Origin: an uncultured Candidatus Saccharibacteria bacterium | Lineage (GTDB): Bacteria > Patescibacteriota > UBA1384 > XYA2-FULL-43-10 > 1-14-0-10-43-13 | Assembly: GCA_964543385.1 (NCBI GenBank) | Contig: CAZIYE010000001.1 | Coordinates: 390,001 to 422,000 of the forward strand | DNA: 32,000 nt | Reading direction: 5' to 3' | In this document: positions 27,702 to 32,000 of the stretch, one piece after another | Position numbering within the stretch: position 1 is the first letter of the stretch | How the letters are laid out: each line of letters opens with the position of its first letter | The notes under the pieces: model-generated | Told to the model about the DNA's origin: nothing | Databases searched by the model: none | Seen by the model: only the letters and a program-made list of their open reading frames with translations | Translations under genes and position numbers: made by a program

Positions 27702-28542
27702 ATCCAACAACATTTTTAAACAACATTGCAATAGTTACTGGTCCTATCCCACCAGGGACAGGAGTATAATAACGTGACTTTTCGTAAGCTTCTGGATCAA
27801 TATCGCCAATAAAATCACCATTTTCCTCTGCCGTTCCAGCGTCGATTAGAACAACGCCGTCTTTGACCATATTTTCTTTTATTAATTTTGGGCTACCCGT
27901 AGCAGAAATTATAATGTCAGCATCCTTGATTGTTTCTACAAGATCATTCTTGCCTTTGTTGACCACCCTTAGATCAGCTTCTTTAAAATCCTCAATCAGA
28001 CATTTCTGAAGTGGTGAGCCGACAAGAAAACCAAGACCTACTTGAGCAATCTTAGTTTTTTCATTTATTCTGGCTCCAGAACGTTTTATAGCTTCAAGAA
28101 TTGCTAAAACGACCGGCGGTTTAAATTTAGAGTCCAACCCTGCACAGAAGCGAAGACCGTCAATGTCCTTGTCAGGACTGATTTTTGCAATCAGCTTTTC
28201 TCGGCTGAAAACTTTAGGAAGAGGAATTTGGATCATAATACCATCAGTCTCTGGATCATTATTCAAATAGTTTATAGCTTCAATAATTTCTTCCTCTGAA
28301 TCCTTCTCACCAAATGTATATAGGCAAAACTGGATACCAGTTTTCTCAGCCATTTTCTTTTTTAGCTCAACATACTGACGACAAATAGGATTATCTCCAA
28401 TCAAAAAAACAGCCATTGTTGGCTTTCTCTTCATCGTTACTATTTTATTTGCAAGATCACTCAAGATTTCGTCTCGGATCTTTTTACCATCAAAATAATT
28501 TTCCATACGAACTATATTAGCAGAAAACACTCGACTTGTCAT
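27700..28542 (-). CDS. folD: Bifunctional methylenetetrahydrofolate dehydrogenase/cyclohydrolase
   Basis: C-terminal block YTPVPGGIGPVTIAMLFKN, plus IISATGSPKLI. The start may instead be the ATG at 28506 (MENYFDGKKIRDEIL). Confidence 0.92.
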   Translation of the reverse strand: MTSRVFSANIVRMENYFDGKKIRDEILSDLANKIVTMKRKPTMAVFLIGDNPICRQYVELKKKMAEKTGIQFCLYTFGEKDSEEEIIEAINYLNNDPETDGIMIQIPLPKVFSREKLIAKISPDKDIDGLRFCAGLDSKFKPPVVLAILEAIKRSGARINEKTKIAQVGLGFLVGSPLQKCLIEDFKEADLRVVNKGKNDLVETIKDADIIISATGSPKLIKENMVKDGVVLIDAGTAEENGDFIGDIDPEAYEKSRYYTPVPGGIGPVTIAMLFKNVVG

Positions 28543-28554
28543 CAGTATTAGCAG

Positions 28555-28947
28555 CTATTTATTTTTCTTGCCTTCATAATCAGCGATAGCCTTTTGCAGA
28601 GCTTCAGCCGAAAGAATCGAACAGTGATATTTTTGTTTCGGCAAAATACCAAGAGCTTTATTGATGTCATCTCTAGTCATTTTCTTGACTTCCTTAATAG
28701 TCGCTCCTTTAGCAAGCTCTGTCATCATACTCGAAGCAGCAATAGCTGCTGCACAACCAAGCGTCTTGAACTTAACATCCTCGATATAATCAATGCCGGC
28801 CTCATTCTTGGCTACCTTAATATAAACATGCATAATATCACCACACTTCATATTTCCAACTTGACCGACACCATCAGCATTCTCAATCTCCCCCACATTG
28901 CGTGGATTATAGAAATGATCTAATGCTTCTTTTGTATACTCTTCCAT
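28555..28947 (-). CDS. iscU: Fe-S cluster assembly scaffold, IscU/NifU-like
   Basis: 130 aa with the three scaffold cysteines (KCGD, LGCAAAIA, YHCS). Confidence 0.9.
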   Translation of the reverse strand: MEEYTKEALDHFYNPRNVGEIENADGVGQVGNMKCGDIMHVYIKVAKNEAGIDYIEDVKFKTLGCAAAIAASSMMTELAKGATIKEVKKMTRDDINKALGILPKQKYHCSILSAEALQKAIADYEGKKNK

Positions 28948-28969
28948 ATATATCCTTGAATTATAGCCT

Positions 28970-30193
28970 CTACTTAAATGGGCTCATCTTTCTTAATTTA
29001 TCAATAATTCCTGGCAAAACTTCAATAACTTTATCAACTTCCTCATCGGTTGTATAACGACTTAGAGAAAATCTGATTGAACCATGTGCCTTCTCTGGCA
29101 CAATACCCATAGCCGATAAGACATGACTAGGATCTAATGATCTTGAAGTACAGGCAGACCCTGATGAAACAGCAATCCCTAAGAAATCCAGATTCAACAC
29201 GATGGCCTCTCCCTCAGCATTTATAAAACTGAAATTTACAATATGAGGTGCATGCCTCTCTTTGCTACCGTTGAATATTATATCGGGTATAGATTTTTCC
29301 AGAGAAGTAACTAATTTATCTCTAAGCTTTATAAGCCTTTTTGCTTCATGGCTAAACTTTAGCTCTGGCAGACCATTATTGATCAAATTATCAGACTCAG
29401 ATCTCTCTTTAAGGATAAGATCAAGCGCTTTTGAAAAACCTGCTATTCCAGAAATGTTCTCCGTTCCTGCTCTTTTGCGTAGTTCCTGACTGCCACCAGT
29501 GATTTGAGATTTTATTTTAATATTATTTCGAAGATACAAAGCACCGATCCCCTTCGGTCCATGAAGTTTGTGAGCCGTGAATGTTAGCAAATCGACTTTC
29601 AAATACTCAGGTGAAATCTCAAAAAATTCTGCAGCTTGGACAGCATCAGTATGAAAATAGATCCGACTCTCTTCGTCACGATTTATATTTTCTTTTTCAA
29701 GCATGAGACCAATCTCCCTGATAGGAGAAATTACGCCGGTCTCATTATTAACATAGATTATTGAAACTAACGTTGTATTGTCTTTTATAGCTTCTCGGAC
29801 TGAATCAGCTGAAATAATCCCATTATTATCAGGTTTGATATAAGTAGCTTCGACTTTACCCTCTTTTTCAAGATCTTGTATTGTATGAAGCACAGCATGA
29901 TGCTCGACCGCACTTGTAATGATATGGGCTTTCTTTCCACTTTCCACTATTCCCCTGATCGCTAGATTATCTGATTCGGATCCACCAGAAGTAAAAATTA
30001 TCTCCTCAGGCTCACAGCCGGCAAAGAAGCTAACGAATCGGCGCCCATCATCTATTATTTTCCTCGCCTCCTGACCGACAGAATGAATTGATGAAGGATT
30101 GCCAAAATATTTCGAATTTACATCGTTTATTGTCTGAACCACCTCTTTTGCGACTTGAGTCGTCGCAGCGTTGTCTAAATATATTCTATCCAT
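28970..30193 (-). CDS. iscS: Cysteine desulfurase (NifS/IscS type)
   Basis: PLP-lysine motif FTAHKLHGPKG and active-site loop SSGSACTS. 407 aa. Confidence 0.93.
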   Translation of the reverse strand: MDRIYLDNAATTQVAKEVVQTINDVNSKYFGNPSSIHSVGQEARKIIDDGRRFVSFFAGCEPEEIIFTSGGSESDNLAIRGIVESGKKAHIITSAVEHHAVLHTIQDLEKEGKVEATYIKPDNNGIISADSVREAIKDNTTLVSIIYVNNETGVISPIREIGLMLEKENINRDEESRIYFHTDAVQAAEFFEISPEYLKVDLLTFTAHKLHGPKGIGALYLRNNIKIKSQITGGSQELRKRAGTENISGIAGFSKALDLILKERSESDNLINNGLPELKFSHEAKRLIKLRDKLVTSLEKSIPDIIFNGSKERHAPHIVNFSFINAEGEAIVLNLDFLGIAVSSGSACTSRSLDPSHVLSAMGIVPEKAHGSIRFSLSRYTTDEEVDKVIEVLPGIIDKLRKMSPFK

Positions 30194-30216
30194 AAAAACT
30201 CTATGATTTAATCAAC

Positions 30217-30426
30217 CTACTCATTAATCTTTTTAGCTATTTTTCTTAAATCCTGCAAACAGGCTTTGCAGCCAGAACCAGAGATTAAATTTTCAAATTC
30301 CTCTTTTGAAACGAGATAAGCAACCGACTTTGAATACCTATTAACTTCATAAATTTCCCCTGCTTCAACTTCCTTAATAATTTTCGAAAGGTGATTTTGT
30401 AATTCGTTTGTAGTAATTTTTTTCAT
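30217..30426 (-). CDS. Phd/YefM-like antitoxin-fold small protein, with no toxin partner
   Basis: ITTNELQNHLSKIIKEVEAGEIYEVNRYSKSVAYLVSKEEFENL matches the Phd/YefM N-terminal pattern from memory. iscS begins 24 nt downstream. Confidence 0.5.
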   Translation of the reverse strand: MKKITTNELQNHLSKIIKEVEAGEIYEVNRYSKSVAYLVSKEEFENLISGSGCKACLQDLRKIAKKINE

Positions 30427-30442
30427 ATATGTTTATGGTTAT

Positions 30443-30490
30443 GTAATATAACAAGTAATATAACAAGTAATATAACAAGTAATATAACAT
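30443..30490. repeat. Tandem 12-bp direct repeat GTAATATAACAA x4 (last copy ends in T)
   Basis: Read directly. It occupies the leader of the Phd-like gene, and the last copy contains the candidate -10. Confidence 0.95.
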
Positions 30491-30509
30491 TTAAGGAATT
30501 GCCTGTCAA
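30481..30509 (-). promoter_or_regulatory. Candidate sigma70-like promoter of the Phd-like/isc/folD operon
   Basis: Minus strand has TTGACA (30509-30504), a 17-nt spacer and TATATT (30486-30481). Confidence 0.4.
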
Positions 30510-30520
30510 TTAGTAAACAT

Positions 30521-30574
30521 AAAACGAAAACGAGCCCTGGTACATCATGTACACAGGGCCCGCTCGGATTTTTG
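30521..30574. terminator. Stem-loop terminator at the left border of island 4, with T-tracts on both strands
   Basis: Imperfect stem CGAGCCCTGGTACAT / ATGTACACAGGGCCCGCTCG. It is flanked by AAAACGAAAA on the left (GTTTTCGTTTT on the minus strand) and GATTTTT on the right. Confidence 0.65.
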
Positions 30575-31843
30575 ACCTGAGCGCGAACGCCCGGGTCATC
30601 TCCCACTTCCTTTGTTCAGCTCCACCAGCGGTCCGATGACCACCTTCTGGAGCATGATCCTACGATTCTCGGGGTTCCGCAGCCTCCAGCTGTCTCCTCC
30701 CAGGAATCGGCGCTGCTCAGCAGCAGACAGCCCCTTCCAGCGTGGATCCTTCGCCTGAGCGGCGATCTCAGCATCGCTGTTTGGGACGCCGCACTCGAGT
30801 AGCACCTTGTTCTCGATCGTGTTATAACCACCGAGAACATCGAAGGTCTTTGCTAAAGTGCAGTTGACTGGCTTGCCGAACCGTTTCCGGCCATAGCCCT
30901 GATCAAGCAGAACATTCTCGATCAGTCCGGCCAGTTGTCCAGTGTTACCTCGTCGGTGACACTCACGCAGCCCTGACCAACCATTGCTACCCAACGAGTC
31001 CACATGGAGCTCGACGAATGCACTAGTGGTACAGTTCTGGTGATCAGACTGGGCTTGGGCAGCAGCTTTCGCTCGGTCGACTGTGTCAGAGGAGTTCTGC
31101 ATGGGGTTTCCCCCATATAAGACAGCCTCTTTTGGCAACGGCAGAGGATCTTTTGGCCCAGTCACCTGGTCCATTGATTCAGCCTCGGCCGCATATACCA
31201 CAGTCGCACCGAGAGCTTCAGCCATCAGGCCAAGCTCACGCGCCATCCGATAGGTATAGGCGGCTTCCCAGTAGGCTTCTCCGTCGAATACCCAAGAGCA
31301 TCCGACGTCGAGACCATAACTGGTTACAGCATCACGGCCACCATGACCGGGGCTAACGACCAGCAACTGACCCAATAGGGCGTTCTGGCCATATTGCGCT
31401 ACGATTGCCCTACGCTCTGCTTCGGAGAAGCTGAGTTTGGGGCCTCGGGGCAGAAGTTTGCCAAGGCCTTGCGGCTCCTGGGGCTCCTGCACAGTCGTGC
31501 CGGGCTTTACAGCCGGCTTGTGCTGGTTCCACGGGTGCCACAAGAGCACGCCGAGAACCAACAACAGGAAAAGACTTGCCATGATAACGCCGAAGCGGTT
31601 CTTAGCATAGTTTTCTGCATAGGAACTACCGAACCCTGCAAAGAACGCAATGACTGCCGCCATCAGGGCTTCGAGGACCATCCACAGGCCCTGCAAAAAT
31701 GCGAGGGCTTTGGGGTGGCGGCGCCCGAAGGTCGCCCAACGCTGTTGAATCCGCATGATTTTTCTCCTTTTCAGAGCTGCCACGTGCGGTTGGACAGCTC
31801 AAGTGTTCTTCTCGCCGGATGTGTAGAATTTCCAGCGTAGACT
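30531..31843. other. GC-rich compositional island 4
   Basis: About 1.3 kb of clearly GC-rich sequence with sharp AT-rich borders on both sides. Confidence 0.85.
30596..31756 (-). CDS. Membrane-anchored N-acetylmuramoyl-L-alanine amidase-like protein (Amidase_3/MurNAc-LAA-like)
   Basis: I prefer the ATG at 31756, which follows AAAGGAGA. Two N-terminal hydrophobic helices. Motifs VVSPGHGGRD, GEAYWE, ELHVDS and VLLECGVPNSD follow the Zn-amidase pattern GHGG...E...H...E. TGA stop lies 29 nt before the terminator. Confidence 0.55.
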   Translation of the reverse strand: MRIQQRWATFGRRHPKALAFLQGLWMVLEALMAAVIAFFAGFGSSYAENYAKNRFGVIMASLFLLLVLGVLLWHPWNQHKPAVKPGTTVQEPQEPQGLGKLLPRGPKLSFSEAERRAIVAQYGQNALLGQLLVVSPGHGGRDAVTSYGLDVGCSWVFDGEAYWEAAYTYRMARELGLMAEALGATVVYAAEAESMDQVTGPKDPLPLPKEAVLYGGNPMQNSSDTVDRAKAAAQAQSDHQNCTTSAFVELHVDSLGSNGWSGLRECHRRGNTGQLAGLIENVLLDQGYGRKRFGKPVNCTLAKTFDVLGGYNTIENKVLLECGVPNSDAEIAAQAKDPRWKGLSAAEQRRFLGGDSWRLRNPENRRIMLQKVVIGPLVELNKGSGR

Positions 31844-31849
31844 AGGTAT

Positions 31850-31878
31850 ATTATAGCATTTTTATATATAAAAGTCAA
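31850..31878 (-). promoter_or_regulatory. Near-consensus sigma70 promoter driving the amidase-like gene
   Basis: Minus strand has TTGACT (31878-31873), a 17-nt spacer and TATAAT (31855-31850). The leader to the ATG is about 85 nt. Confidence 0.5.
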
Positions 31879-31893
31879 TGGTAAAACATTGAC
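31874..31893. promoter_or_regulatory. Perfect palindrome GTCAATG-N6-CATTGAC spanning both divergent -35 boxes (candidate operator)
   Basis: Read directly: aaGTCAATGgtaaaaCATTGACaa. Confidence 0.5.
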
Positions 31894-31917
31894 AAATAGC
31901 TAATATAGTGATAAAGT
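31889..31917 (+). promoter_or_regulatory. Sigma70-like promoter driving the gene at the right window edge
   Basis: TTGACA (31889-31894), a 17-nt spacer and TAAAGT (31912-31917). Confidence 0.4.
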
Positions 31918-31970
31918 AGCGAGTCGATCAATCCTGATCCGACAACTCTGACACACAGAAGGAGGGCAAC

Positions 31971-32000
31971 ATGCCCCGAAACTCTCGCAGAACACGTCGT
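31971..32000 (+). CDS. 5' end of an unknown GC-rich gene (MPRNSRRTRR...), truncated by the window
   Basis: GGAGGG (31961-31966) lies 4 nt before the ATG. Sequence is GC-rich from 31918 onward. Only 10 codons are visible. Confidence 0.35.
   Translation, partial: MPRNSRRTRR

Noticed and set aside
30443-30490. The 12-bp x4 repeat as a CRISPR array or replication iterons.
   Set aside because: The repeats are directly abutting with no spacers, far too short for CRISPR, and there are no cas genes. No replication initiator or AT-rich unwinding element context is present. An operator role fits their position in the promoter and leader.
30616-31840. ORFs nested in or antisense to the amidase-like gene: 30616-30840, 30922-31116, 31132-31356 and 31394-31840.
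   Set aside because: All lie within the long motif-bearing ORF in GC-rich sequence. They have no independent translation signals or recognisable motifs.

Overview
This is an AT-rich bacterial chromosome segment; hand-counted backbone samples give about 33-40% GC. Genes are tightly packed and mostly housekeeping.

**Backbone genes**
- A complete F1Fo ATP synthase operon on the + strand: atpB (5'-truncated by the window edge)-E-F-H-A-G-D-C.
- A YggT-like gene, an orphan 197-aa gene, glmS, an orphan histidine kinase coupled to a surface protein, and miaA.
- A five-gene ABC-2 exporter operon that carries a NUDIX gene and a DUF2207-like protein.
- Several small membrane proteins, tRNA-Leu(UAG), a DUF475/TerC-like protein, comEA and recG.
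- A MacB-like fused ABC transporter with two mini membrane proteins, then mnmA.
- A folD-iscU-iscS operon headed by a solitary Phd/YefM-like gene.

The gene content looks like a reduced genome, possibly CPR/Patescibacteria-like. That is inference only.

**Main anomaly**
Five sharply bounded GC-rich islands (about 50-65% GC) sit in intergenic slots of this backbone. They lie between atpG and atpD, between atpD and atpC, between mnmA and folD, and at 30.5 kb to the window end.
- Each has an SD-like site and an ATG ORF. The three small-island ORFs I counted by hand show coding-type GC periodicity.
- Four have their own stem-loop terminator.
- Sigma70-like hexamers lie in the flanking AT-rich DNA.
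- The products are a small acidic Cys-rich protein, a 2-TM mini protein, a small basic Cys-rich protein, a membrane-anchored Amidase_3-like hydrolase, and the start of a further gene.
- The three mini-islands are all antisense to the operons they sit in.

I cannot tell whether these are un-ameliorated horizontal acquisitions, a novel dispersed system, or an assembly or engineering artefact.

No CRISPR array, rRNA, transposase or integrase is visible. All family calls come from motifs read by eye, with no database searches.
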